Source: an uncultured delta proteobacterium
GTDB taxonomy: Bacteria; Desulfobacterota; WTBG01
Length of the DNA: 64,000 nucleotides
Direction: 5' to 3'
NCBI GenBank assembly: GCA_963793865.1
Contig: CAWCBP010000002.1
Coordinates: 32,001-96,000, forward strand
The position numbers and the translations under genes are program-made. Of the stretch, positions 11,175-21,234 are shown in pieces. The notes beneath the pieces were generated by a model. It was not told the origin of the DNA, did no database searches, and saw nothing but the letters and a program-made list of their open reading frames with translations. The number at the start of each line of letters is the position of its first letter. Position 1 is the first letter of the stretch.

Positions 11175-11849
11175 TTGAACCATAAGAAAAAATTGGCACC
11201 GGCACATAAATATTGTTCGAAGAAAATATCAAGTGACGTTACGACGGGTCAAAAAAAGTATTCCACAGACATGTGTGAATTGCCTGTGGATAAGTGGAGG
11301 GTTGAGAAGAAATTGATGCCAATGCGATTGGCGATTTAGCATTTGCTCAAATCCTGACCATTGAGGAATGGCAATAAAAACAGAGTGTTAGAAGCGAGTG
11401 GGGTTGTGTCTGATCCGAAGCAGTCTCCGACTTTCTTTTTTATACCCAAGATATCCACAGTGATGGAAGATGCTTCAATATCTTGTGCCGGGTCTTTTGC
11501 GCGAGATCAATTTCTCCATCCATCGCCACTGCAAAAAGAAAAATTTTCAAATACAAAAAAATTCGCCTTGCGCCTTTATGAGATAATTTATAAGCAGGGA
11601 ATGATGCAGGATACAGGATACAGGAGTGTTCTTCCCTGAACCGGGTTCCCCTACGCCCTAAACCCTCACTTTGAACCACAGAAGACCAGAACACGAAGAG
11701 CATAAAAAAGGGTCTCAGTTTCAAGCATGCAATACAGCAATGTTGATACCAGACCCACGGTTCGGAGAAGGGCACAGGAGAAGCGGGGCATGAAAAGCAG
11801 GAAAGAATGCCGGATACAACGATTCAGGTGTAAGGCAGCCAGTATCCAG
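11175..11849. repeat. Long non-coding repeat, copy A
   Basis: Aligns by eye with 21235-22057 over its length and with 18373-18907 internally. Confidence 0.9.
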
Positions 11850-11944
11850 TACTCCGACCTTTGCTCTTTGGGGGTCAGGGTTTAGGGTACAGGGTTCCGG
11901 GGAAAAGCGCTCGCGGTTAGAGAGAAAATAGCAAAGCTATTTCA

Positions 11945-12901
11945 GGGTCGGATCTTGAACAGTTCCTCTGCAATCTTTTGTATTTTTCTCAGCGTTTTCT
12001 ACACCATGTACCCACTTATTCGGTATGGATTCGACGCCAAGAAGGTTCCAAGAATAGCTCCGGTAATGGAACCGGTTGAATCACTGTCGCCGGAGTGATT
12101 GATGGCGGCAAGGGTAGCTGAAGTCCAATCATCAGGGAATTTCAGTGAGCAGTAAAGTGCTATGGCCAAGGCCTCCTCCCCGAACCACCCTTCCCCAATG
12201 GCTGCAATGGAATCTTCAACCGGATCCTGACTGTTTGATAAAGTGATTGCGCGCTGAATTAAAGCAAGCGTTTCCTCATGGCCATCATAGGTTGTCAGGG
12301 TACCGATGCTCCTCTCGATAGCTTCCTCCAATGTCATCCTCTCAATGATATGGGCGATCATTTCTGAAAGAAATCCGGCGGATAGATACCCTGAAGGGTG
12401 CCCATGGGTGATGGCGGCAAATTCAGCACCCTTTCGGAAGGCAGCAGCTGCAGGAAAGGCCAGTCCGGCAGGTGCAGTACGCATCACTCCGCCGCATCCT
12501 TTGCTATTATTGATCTTCTTTTCAATGGTCCCCATCTTCCCGCTTCGCAACGAACTCAAACACGTAATGCCAGGGGCTCTTTTTTGATTAGGATCATTCT
12601 GTGTTGCGAGCCACTCCCGATAACATTGGTAGACTTCAGCTGCCGGCTCGAAAATCCTACCCTCTTTTTGATTTTGGTACGCATTCAGGCAGCCTTGCGC
12701 TGTTGCCAGAGACATCTGGGTGTCATCGGTATAGAAGCCGGGCTTAAATTCTGCCTCTAATGTTTTCCACGCATGAAAATCAGCAATGCCGTTTTCACCA
12801 TGGTGTGCCTTGATTTCTGCAAGTGATAGAAATTCAACCGGCGCGCCCAGCGCATCACCTATTGCAAGCCCGAATAAGCAGCCGAAGAACTTGGGAAGCA
12901 T
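11945..12901 (-). CDS. ADP-ribosylglycohydrolase (DraG/ARH family); frameshift near the 3' end
   Basis: GLAIGDALGAPVEF, YTDDTQM, GCGGVMR, THGHP, GDSDSTGSITG; GVESIPNKWV..VEN tail lies in a shifted frame after ~12040. Confidence 0.88.
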
Positions 12902-13026
12902 AAAAAATCAGGGTTCAGGGTGTAGGTAGTCGGCTAAAACACCTTTAACTATTACAGATCATACATAGTTGATCGCATATCACACATCATGCATCATGTC
13001 AATTTGGGACCAGGGCTTTATTGGAC

Positions 13027-13055
13027 TTGACAATTCTAAAGTGATACTTTATAAT
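13027..13055 (+). promoter_or_regulatory. Perfect sigma70 promoter 7 nt upstream of the ATG (leaderless)
   Basis: TTGACA(13027)-17 bp-TATAAT(13050-13055); ATG at 13063; no SD sequence. Confidence 0.8.
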
Positions 13056-13062
13056 TCTCAAC

Positions 13063-14238
13063 ATGAAATATATTCCACGATCTCTGGAGACGGAGCTGGC
13101 AAGGGCGGTCAAAAGCTTTCCCGCCATTATCCTGACCGGCCCGCGCCGTTCGGGAAAGACAACCCTTTTAAGAAAGTGTTTCCCCAAGGCCTCCTATACC
13201 CTCATCGAAGATCCCGACATTATTGCGCAAATCAAGCATGACCCGCGGACATTCCTGGAGGGAGTTACAACACCGGCGATTTTTGATGAGATACAAAACG
13301 TCCCGCAGATATTAAACTATGTACGAACCTTGATTGATCAATCACCCAAAAAATGCGGCCAATGGTTCTTGACCGGTTCTCAAGAATCTTCCTTGATGAA
13401 AGGGGTCAGTGAATCGATGGCCGGGCGGGCAGCTGTTTTTCAGCTTTTACCTTTTTCAAAAAGCGAAACACCGAAGGTTTCCATTTTGCAGGGAGGATTT
13501 CCGGAAGTCATCGAAAAACCGAAAACGGCGGACTTATGGTTTCGTTCCTATTTGCAAACCTATCTGGAACGGGATTTGCGGGCCATCAGCGCCATTAAGG
13601 ATTTGTCGACCTTTCGAAGGTTTTTATCCATTTTAGCCAGCCGCAATGGGCAGATAGTAAACCGGACTGATTTGGCCGCACCCCTTGGAGTTTCCATTCC
13701 AACGATAACGCAGTGGCTGAGCATTCTTGAGATGACGTCACAAATTATCCTCATCCCTCCTTTCTTTGAGAATTTCGGGAAAAGGCTGGTGAAATCCCCT
13801 AAGCTCTATTTTGTTGATTCCGGATTATTGTGTTATTTGCTTGGCATTGAATCTCCGCAAGCTCTCACACGATCCCCTTTTTATGGTTTTATTTTTGAAG
13901 CGTTTGTTGCATCAGAAATCCTTAAAAGCCAGCTTGCCTGCGGTGCAAGAAAGGAACTGTATTATTTTAGGGATCAGCAGGGCCTGGAAGTAGACTTCCT
14001 GGTCCCGATGGGCGATAACCATCTGATGCTTCTGGAGGTGAAAGCGTCGAAAACGATCAATCCCTCTATGACCTTGCCGCTTGAACGTCTGATAAAATCC
14101 ATCCGAAAGCATTCCACAGAAGCGTTCCTGGTTCATATTCCTTTACAGAAAGGGGAAATACCTTCCGCCATCACGCCGGGGATTAAAGCCATCTCGAGCG
14201 ATGAAGTATGTGCAATAATAAGGGCCCGGGGCAATTGA
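13063..14238 (+). CDS. AAA+ ATPase with DUF4143 domain
   Basis: GPRRSGKT Walker A, FDEIQ, LTGS, ESMAGR, KSPKLYFVDSGL, EVDFL..LEVK. Confidence 0.92.
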   Translation: MKYIPRSLETELARAVKSFPAIILTGPRRSGKTTLLRKCFPKASYTLIEDPDIIAQIKHDPRTFLEGVTTPAIFDEIQNVPQILNYVRTLIDQSPKKCGQWFLTGSQESSLMKGVSESMAGRAAVFQLLPFSKSETPKVSILQGGFPEVIEKPKTADLWFRSYLQTYLERDLRAISAIKDLSTFRRFLSILASRNGQIVNRTDLAAPLGVSIPTITQWLSILEMTSQIILIPPFFENFGKRLVKSPKLYFVDSGLLCYLLGIESPQALTRSPFYGFIFEAFVASEILKSQLACGARKELYYFRDQQGLEVDFLVPMGDNHLMLLEVKASKTINPSMTLPLERLIKSIRKHSTEAFLVHIPLQKGEIPSAITPGIKAISSDEVCAIIRARGN

Positions 14239-14760
14239 TTTTATGTACGTGGCTATCCAATTTCATCTCCAAGAGCCAGGGCTTTCCACGACTATGTAAA
14301 AGGCATGTTACGCGCCAGATTTTCCACCAGTGGGCCAAGAAAGGCTGCACTATCTGCAACTATCTCCTGAAAGTCTTTTGTAATAGTGACTAACCGGTTT
14401 TTTCGAAAAAACACCTTCCATTGAGCACCCTTTACCGTTAAAAACCGTAGGTGAATAGGTTCTTAACTTATTTGAGAACTCAAGTGGTCCGGGTTGTCTA
14501 GACAGAAAGGAGCTTCTTTAAGGTGGACCTGGCTGCCCCCCTTTTTTTCTGTGCCTCTGACCCTTTAAAAAGCGGGGTTCAGCATGGGAGATGCGAAATG
14601 GATTAATGCAACGATGGGTAACTTCAAGATTTTTGTGTCAGCAGGAGAGGAGTGACAATACCTGCCTTTGCATTTTCATAGGGGAAAAGAAGGATTTGTG
14701 ATGAGTGACAATTAGAACTCCCGCGAGGGAAAATACGAGTTGACGTCAATCAGATTTGCT

Positions 14761-14789
14761 TTGCAATAGGATCTAATTAGATGTATTAT
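14761..14789 (+). promoter_or_regulatory. TA-operon promoter with internal palindromic operator
   Basis: TTGCAA-17-TATTAT with ATCTAATTAGAT (14771-14782) in the spacer. Confidence 0.65.
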
Positions 14790-14822
14790 TTTTTAAAGAT
14801 CAAAGGAAACAGAGGTGACGAA

Positions 14823-15032
14823 ATGAAGGGCAAAGCCAGGAAAAAAGCTCCTGAGATAGTTCTCAGAGAGGGCAAACCCTCAGCGGTGATACTAGACATT
14901 CATGATTATCGAGAGATGCTGGAACGCCTGGAAGACCTCGATGATTTGAACATGCTTAATGAAATGAGGAAGAGGCCGCTAAAATACAAAAAGCTTGAAG
15001 ATTTTTTGAAGGAGTATCCGCACAGTGTATGA
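14823..15032 (+). CDS. Phd/YefM-like antitoxin
   Basis: IVLREGKPSAVILDIHDYREMLERLEDLDDL; overlaps the start of relE. Confidence 0.8.
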   Translation: MKGKARKKAPEIVLREGKPSAVILDIHDYREMLERLEDLDDLNMLNEMRKRPLKYKKLEDFLKEYPHSV

Positions 15033-15258
15033 AGTCCTTCTTGAGAAGTCTGCGGAAAATGACCTCAAGCGTTTGTCACCATCAATCTTCCAGCGAATTA
15101 TCCCTCAGCTTAGAACCTTAGCTAACAAACCAAGACCTTTCGGGTGCCGTAAAATTTCCGGTTCAAAGAACGATTGGTGAATTAGAATCGGCGACTATCG
15201 CATCATTTACGAAATTGACGAGAAAACCAGGTTCGTGAAGGTTATGCGAGTGCGACAC
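15025..15258 (+). pseudogene. relE: RelE/ParE toxin pseudogene (internal TGA at 15178-15180; 3' end cut by IS)
   Basis: Own translation MYEVLLEKSAENDLKRL...PRPFGCRKISGSKNDW*IRIGDYRIIYEID...VRH. Confidence 0.85.
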
Positions 15259-15284
15259 CGTCTTGTCCTAAAATAGTTGACATT

Positions 15285-16112
15285 TTAAGCAGCATGCTTC
15301 TGTGCGGGTGTCATATACTTCAATGACATATGTAACCGCTCTTCGTTATAGATCTGTATGGCTTCTTTTACCATTCGCTCTGCCACTCGAAAAGATACCA
15401 GTTTCTCCCCCAACTGTAATTCATCCTTCAGTATGCCGTTGACTCGCTCTGCCACGGCATTCTCATACACGTGATTCTCTTCGGTCATACTAATTCGAAC
15501 TCCTTGTTTCTTTAATATTTCCGTATACCCTTTACTACAATATTGGATTCCCCGATCAGAATGGTGTATTAACAGCTTCGGATTCTTCGTCATGCGCAGT
15601 GCCATCTTGAGCGCTCGTACACTTCCCTCAATTGACAAACTCCTGCTTACTGCATACCCCATAATCTTTCGAGAATACCAATCCGTAATCAGTGACAAAT
15701 AACAATACCCTTCCATCGTTTCCAGATACGTTATATCTGCTACAAATACCTGCTCCGGCCTTTGTGCCTCTTCTTCTTTAATCAGATTCTTATATACCTT
15801 CATCCCATGTGCAGATTGAGTCGTCCGTACATATTTCCTCTTTCTCTTTACCAACAAATCCCTCTCTCGCAATATCCTCAATAACCGATCCCGTCCAATC
15901 GTACACTCACCAGCTCCCAGCATCTTGTGGAGCTTTCTGCCTCCTACCCGCGGCTGCCGCTTCCGTATCCTTCGTACCTCATCCATCACTGCTGCTTCTT
16001 CCACCCTTCGTCTTCCCTCAATCACTATCCGCTTGTAATACCCCTGCCGACTGTATCCGTATGCTTCACAAAGCTTTCCTATCCCTGCTCCTTTTTGATT
16101 GCCTCGCCCCAC
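15285..16112 (-). CDS. IS3 transposase OrfB (DDE)
   Basis: VADITY, HHSDRGIQY, ENAVAERVNGILKDE, YNEERLHMSL. Confidence 0.93.
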   Translation of the reverse strand: MGRGNQKGAGIGKLCEAYGYSRQGYYKRIVIEGRRRVEEAAVMDEVRRIRKRQPRVGGRKLHKMLGAGECTIGRDRLLRILRERDLLVKRKRKYVRTTQSAHGMKVYKNLIKEEEAQRPEQVFVADITYLETMEGYCYLSLITDWYSRKIMGYAVSRSLSIEGSVRALKMALRMTKNPKLLIHHSDRGIQYCSKGYTEILKKQGVRISMTEENHVYENAVAERVNGILKDELQLGEKLVSFRVAERMVKEAIQIYNEERLHMSLKYMTPAQKHAA

Positions 16113-16473
16113 TCCTTGCCACCAAAATTTTTTTTAAAATCTACCTGATAATGCTCTTCTGCGCTCTCAATTAATGATTCCAGGGCAACGTTCTTTACCT
16201 GCGCTTTGGCTAAGGCTGATTCCAGTGCCTTTATCTGGCGCTCTAATGCCTTGATCCGTTCTTGCTCGTCTTTCATCTCAATCCGCACCACCTTGTTTAG
16301 TAAATGATTTTTCCCAAGCTTCCGTATCCAGTTCTGTATCGTCTCCCCGCCCCTGATATCGTATATCTTCTGTGCTCCCGCTCATACTTACCTCGCCTGC
16401 TTCTATCTCAGCTACTACTTTTCTGTCTGAATGCTAAACTGTATCGATGTATTATTCTTCCTTCCCCCTTCAT
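16079..16473 (-). pseudogene. IS3 OrfA, frameshifted
   Basis: RYSLAFRQK start at 16473, frameshift in an A-run, then TIQNWIRKLGKNHLLNKVVRIEMKDE and coiled coil. Confidence 0.75.
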
Positions 16474-16733
16474 AGGTTGACTCCTTTCATTCCTTTGTCA
16501 ACCTATTTCAGGACGACTCACCCTGTACCTCTGCCCTGCACCCAGTTCCCTCAACCCTCTGCTTTGAACCACGAAGCTCACGAAGAGAAAATCACGAAGA
16601 ACACGAATGTTGCAAGGGGTCAGGTCTTGAAATATCAGTTTTGAGGAGCGAAGGCTTTGGATTGCGGATTGGAGGGAACAGGGGTGCAGGGTGGTGGCAA
16701 TTACTTTGCTTGTGAGTCTATGAACACGCAGAA

Positions 16734-17096
16734 TTATTTTCTTGTTCTTCGCGTGCGGATCCCCTCGGGGGTGATGATAACAAGATTATTTTTAATATCT
16801 TCTTCTTTGATCTCCTCAAACAACTTTTTAAAAATATTCACGGATTCATCAACTGTCCTTCGGTATATCTTTACCACTATGATTCCTCCACATGATTCCG
16901 GGGGAAAACGAAACATTCTGGAAAAATCCTTATCCATCGTTACAATCACATACTTTTCTTTACAGGCCAGCTGAAAAACTTCATCATCGGATATTCCTGA
17001 AAGCCCCGCTTCTCTTAAACTCAGCACATCATGACCATGGCTTCTTAGGTAATTAATAATAGGGTCAAATAGATTTTCATTGGCAAACATCTTCAT
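16734..17096 (-). CDS. DUF5615 PIN-like toxin (VapC45-like)
   Basis: ANENL...GHDV...D.EV...A....VIVTMDKDF; coupled to DUF433. Confidence 0.88.
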   Translation of the reverse strand: MKMFANENLFDPIINYLRSHGHDVLSLREAGLSGISDDEVFQLACKEKYVIVTMDKDFSRMFRFPPESCGGIIVVKIYRRTVDESVNIFKKLFEEIKEEDIKNNLVIITPEGIRTRRTRK

Positions 17097-17320
17097 AATG
17101 CAACACCTGCTTCTTCATCAGCAAGGATGGATGCATAATACAGACAAGCCCTTATATCTTCATCACTTATATTTGGATAAGCAATTTTAACGTTTTGATT
17201 ACTCTCACCTGCGGCAAGAAGATCCAGGATTATATGCACAGGGATTCGTGTTCCTTTGATACAGGGTTTGCCGCTGCATATCTTTGGATCACAAACAATT
17301 CTATTGTATAACTGGTTCAT
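17093..17320 (-). CDS. DUF433 antitoxin
   Basis: DPKICSGKPCIKGTRIPV..ILDLLAAG...YP. Confidence 0.92.
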   Translation of the reverse strand: MNQLYNRIVCDPKICSGKPCIKGTRIPVHIILDLLAAGESNQNVKIAYPNISDEDIRACLYYASILADEEAGVAL

Positions 17321-17409
17321 ACTTCCACCTCTATTATAATTGTTACACGAGAAGTTATGATTGTAATGATGCTGTTAGAGAAGATTATACTAAATTCAAA
17401 TCTGCATCT

Positions 17410-17715
17410 TCAGTTTGCATACACAACCTCCAGACTCTTTAGGATTTCATGGCGCCTGAAAGAATTGCGTAAAGCGGCCTTTTCCACCACATCAACCTTT
17501 CTTCCAAAAATCTCAGCTAATACCTCTTCCATACGGGCCAGATCAAACAGGCTGTGATGAGCATCGGGAGCAAAAGCAACCAGTACATCTACATCACTAT
17601 CGTTATGAAAGTCTTTTCGCAAAATTGACCCGAACAGGCCAAATTCAATTACTTTCCACTTTCGACAAAAGTCTTTGATTTTTTCCCGGGGAATCGAGAT
17701 GTTTTTGTTGTTCAT
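17410..17715 (-). CDS. Minimal nucleotidyltransferase (MNT antitoxin); HEPN partner absent or reduced to a stub
   Basis: LFGSILRKDF..SDVDVLV...FGRKVDVV; the overlapping downstream ATG gives only an ~11-codon ORF. Confidence 0.88.
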   Translation of the reverse strand: MNNKNISIPREKIKDFCRKWKVIEFGLFGSILRKDFHNDSDVDVLVAFAPDAHHSLFDLARMEEVLAEIFGRKVDVVEKAALRNSFRRHEILKSLEVVYAN

Positions 17716-17948
17716 TACCGTAACCGTGCGTTATTCTTTGCTACCAATTAAATAAATATATCAGAACGCGTGATGATTGAACAGATTATTTTTATATAGT
17801 CTGAGACGGAGCATTTGTCAGTTGGGGTCAGCCCTTGACATTGGACAAGTACACAGATTTGCGGGACGTTGTTGACTAAGTGGAATAAGTAAGGTGATGT
17901 GCGATAGAAACGGGAGACTGCTCCCTGTACCCTGCACTCTCATCTTCC

Positions 17949-18085
17949 AACCACGAAGCTCACGAAGGACGGCACGAAGAACACGAAGAAAAAGCGCAAA
18001 AAAAGGGGTCTGGTTTCAACATGCATTGCAGCAATGTTGATACCAAACCCGCTTTCTGGTGAAGAGCGCGAAGAAAATGAGGAAA
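17949..18085. repeat. Partial copy of the long repeat (CACGAAG module + hairpin)
   Basis: Similar to 18783-18915. Confidence 0.85.
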
Positions 18086-18265
18086 GGATGTAGCAGACGG
18101 CGTCTGACCCTCCACCCTCTGCTTTGAATCACGAAGAACACAAAGGAAGACAGGAAGAATACGAATAATTCCCTAACACTACTTTCTTCTGCTTTTTTCT
18201 TCGTGATCTTCGTGCGTTTTTCCTTCGTGGTCCAAAGTTAGTGAATGGTTCGGGGCATCTCTCTA

Positions 18266-18287
18266 TCGCGGCTAAAGCCGCTCCTAC
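18266..18287 (-). repeat. GTAG-type REP-like palindrome (second copy at 31899-31921)
   Basis: Minus strand GTAGGAGCGGCTTTAGCCGCGA. Confidence 0.75.
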
Positions 18288-18372
18288 CGGGATTTTTTCT
18301 TCTGACTAATCTTCCTCCTATCTACATCGCACATCGCAGATCTTACATCCCCCCATCTTCTTCCCCAAACCT

Positions 18373-18907
18373 TTCCACAGCAATCTGTTAATTGCCTGTG
18401 GATAAGTGAGGGGTTGAAGGAAAATTGGTACGGTTGCTATTCTGGCTTTTTTAGCATCTTTGCTCAAATCCTGACCATTGAAGAGTGATAATAAAAACAG
18501 AGTGTTAGAAAGCGTAGTGGGCTTATGCTGAATGGGAAGCCGTTTGCGACTTTCTTTTTTATACCCAAGATATCCAGAATGGTGAAGAAGCTTTCAATAT
18601 CTTGTGCCGGGTCTTTTGCACGAGATGCAATTTCTGATTCCAGCGCCACTGCAAAAAGAAAAATTTTCAAATACAAAAAAAATACGCCTTGCGTCTTTAT
18701 GAGATAATTTATAAGGAGGGAATGATGCAGGAATGCAGGATGCACGATACAGGAGTCATTGACCCTGAACCCCTCTTTTTTGAACCACGAAGCTCACGAA
18801 GGACGGCACGAAGAACACGAAGAAAAAGCGCAAAAAGGGATCTAGTCTCAATATGCAATAAAGCAATGTTGATACCAGACCCACGGTTCTGTGAAGGGCA
18901 CGGAGAA
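18373..18907. repeat. Long non-coding repeat, copy B (lacks the left ~90 bp)
   Basis: Near-identical to copy C from AATTGCCTGTGGATAAG onward. Confidence 0.9.
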
Positions 18908-18957
18908 AATGAGGACGTATGATGGATACAGGGCAGAGAGGCGATGTAGAAACTATA

Positions 18958-19266
18958 TCATTTCTTCGCTTTCACATATTTACGAATCCGATAGCCATTA
19001 TCTCTCACAATCTTCTGAGGATTGATAATATGATATCGAAGGAGAATTGCTTTCCCGCGACCCCACAATGTGCCGAATTCTATAAGGCCGCCGAAATCCT
19101 TATCACCTGATACTACTATCAACTTCTTTTTTTCCGCATAATCAAGAATGACACTGTCTCTCTGTCCGGCAAGGCCAATTTCCGGAACAAAGAATACCTC
19201 ATGGCTTTCTCTGCGAAGTCCCTGTACAATTTCAAAATGAAGATTTTCGTCTGCCAGGATTCTCAT
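18958..19266 (-). CDS. DUF5615 PIN-like toxin; 3' end possibly frameshifted
   Basis: MRILADENL...LIVVSGDKDFG. Confidence 0.82.
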   Translation of the reverse strand: MRILADENLHFEIVQGLRRESHEVFFVPEIGLAGQRDSVILDYAEKKKLIVVSGDKDFGGLIEFGTLWGRGKAILLRYHIINPQKIVRDNGYRIRKYVKAKK

Positions 19267-19499
19267 TTTCTTTTACTCGCAAAAATCCTCACTTCTTCAC
19301 CTTGGAATTGCCTTGCTGCAAAATTCAGCGCTTCGTCAAGCCCTTCTTTGGTCAAGGTAGGATATCCACGGAGAATATCCGCCCTGGTCATGCCTGAGGC
19401 AATGCATTGGAGTATCAGTGCCACTGATACACGAGTACCTTTAACAATAGGCTTGCCGTTCAAGATATCAGGGTCACATACGATTAATGCTTTTTTCAT
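19263..19499 (-). CDS. DUF433 antitoxin
   Basis: DPDILNGKPIVKGTRVSV...YPTL. Confidence 0.92.
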   Translation of the reverse strand: MKKALIVCDPDILNGKPIVKGTRVSVALILQCIASGMTRADILRGYPTLTKEGLDEALNFAARQFQGEEVRIFASKRK

Positions 19500-19991
19500 A
19501 GCGGTTTTCCTCTTGTATTATTTTTGTCTATTACTACTTAGATAATTCATTGCTATTTATTTGCATAATATCACAAAACCATGACAGAGCAAGCCTGGAA
19601 TTGTTGCTATACGAGTGTGCAACCGGAAAGCAGCAACCACGGGAGAGTACGGAGGAAGAGGAGAAAGGATGCAGCAGACGGCGTCTAGCCCTGTACCTGT
19701 CTTCTCCCTCCACCCTCTGCTTTCTACCACGAGCTTGACGAAGAGAAAATCACGAAGAACACGAATGTTGCTTGGGGTCAGGTCTTGAGATCAGTTTTGA
19801 GCGGTGAGTGGCAAGGATTGCGGAAAAAGAGGGTACAGGTAAAAACGGTTCGTTAGTTTGCTGGTTGGCCGGTTAAGCCTGCTACCAGCTAGTGCGATAA
19901 ATAGTATCGTCAACGGTCCATTGTCCAGTTTACTCCCAATTTAACAAGATCGATTCCCTCACCTTAAAACCGGTCACAAATTGTGACCGGT

Positions 19992-20450
19992 TTACCATTC
20001 TTCATATGATTTCTTACTGTATTTATCTTCTGTGTGAACAAGTTCTTTTGTCTTGCCTAAGAACTTTACAGCGAGTTTAAGCATTTCCTCAGCACCAATT
20101 CTTGACCAGTCATCATAGTAGTCTGCATCTTCACGCAAACCTTTGCCTTTTTCCAGCGCCTCAACAAAATATGCCGGCAATTTCCCGGTTTTGACATAGA
20201 GATGCTGTAAGGCGATCATCAGACAATGATGGCTTTTTTCACGATAATTTTTGATATATATAAGTGCTCTGGCAGCATGAAACATGGCATAATAACTCTG
20301 AATTGTTGTCCACTTGTATTTCCCACGTTCATAACCCTCTTTTGCATCTGCAAGGTCTTGCTCTGCCGTTTTAAGCTCTTTTGGAACCAGTTCTTTGCCC
20401 TGAGAAAATCCTTTTATCCGGCCTCTTCTCACACACTCCTCAAATGTCAC
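19992..20450 (-). CDS. HEPN domain protein
   Basis: SYYAMFHAARAL...KSH...LREDADY; overlaps the MNT stop. Confidence 0.88.
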   Translation of the reverse strand: MTFEECVRRGRIKGFSQGKELVPKELKTAEQDLADAKEGYERGKYKWTTIQSYYAMFHAARALIYIKNYREKSHHCLMIALQHLYVKTGKLPAYFVEALEKGKGLREDADYYDDWSRIGAEEMLKLAVKFLGKTKELVHTEDKYSKKSYEEW

Positions 20451-20985
20451 CGCTTCCCCCGTCCCATAAAACGATCCCTTTATTCACCTGCTGATAGAAT
20501 ACAGGGTCTGTTTTCTCCTTTTCAATAAAGCTCAGATTGGTGCAGATGATGCTCTGAATTTTTCTATTGCCACCGAATTTTTTAATCTGTTCCACCACAG
20601 CGTCTTTATTACGGCTAATAATCAGCAAATCTATGTCACTATCGGCCTGGTCTTCTCCCCTGCTTGAGCTGCCAAAAAGGATTATTCTGGAAGAGAGCGG
20701 TTTTAACTTATTCAGAAGGCCACTGAGCTGTCTTATTATCTCTATTACCTTGAGATGTTTAACGATTGGATTTTCATAATTTAATGTATAAAAGAATGTT
20801 TTTCCCCTCTTGGTTCTGAAAAGAAAGTCCGTGCTCATCAGATCACGGAGTGCATAATTTACGCCAGACTTGCTTATTTTGGTTGCCTGCTGAATTTCAG
20901 TTTCCAGAAAGTCCCTGATTGGACTATTGATAAGAAAATGGAGTATTTTTTGAGCGTTGGTCGCGATTAAGATATTTTTTTTCAT
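20440..20985 (-). CDS. wHTH + minimal nucleotidyltransferase (MNT)
   Basis: N-terminal HTH (ISKSGVNYALRDL); LFGSSSRGED..DSDIDLLI; palindrome ATTGGA-N6-TCCAAT upstream (~21004-21021). Confidence 0.88.
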   Translation of the reverse strand: MKKNILIATNAQKILHFLINSPIRDFLETEIQQATKISKSGVNYALRDLMSTDFLFRTKRGKTFFYTLNYENPIVKHLKVIEIIRQLSGLLNKLKPLSSRIILFGSSSRGEDQADSDIDLLIISRNKDAVVEQIKKFGGNRKIQSIICTNLSFIEKEKTDPVFYQQVNKGIVLWDGGSGDI

Positions 20986-21024
20986 TGGATTATCTCCCAA
21001 AATATTGGACTACTATCCAATATA

Positions 21025-21234
21025 TTAGACATTATGATGATTTGTCAAGAATAAGTAGCGCCACCTACCGCGTCCTGTTTTTGAGATGCCAAAATGGCAT
21101 CTCCAATCTTTATCTTTTTCAACGGTAAGTTGAAACATAAAATCTTCAGGAAATCTATCCAGGTTTCTGGTAACGGCTCGCTTCAACAGCATCGTGACCT
21201 CAAGTTGAAAACAGCGGGCGGGACAGAACTGCGC
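21025..21234 (-). pseudogene. ORF6N-domain fragment, 5'-truncated at the long-repeat boundary
   Basis: LKRAVTRNLDRFPEDFMFQLT motif. Confidence 0.8.

Larger units (their letters stand above)
15259..16520 (-). mobile_element. IS3-family insertion sequence
   Basis: Imperfect IRs TGAGTCGTCCTGAAATAGGTTGACA (16496-16520, minus strand) and CGTCTTGTCCTAAAATAGTTGACA (15259-15282); orfA/orfB; no clear target duplication. Confidence 0.9.

Noticed and set aside
11260..11460. Chromosomal oriC
   Set aside because: Only one perfect DnaA box per copy, present in three copies, no dnaA/dnaN/gidA context
11444..11488. Tandem NrdR boxes in the long repeat
   Set aside because: Only CAATATCTTGTG fits well; the second box is poor and no nrd gene is nearby
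15178..15180. Recoded TGA in relE
   Set aside because: Position is a conserved Arg (likely CGA to TGA), and the gene is also IS-truncated
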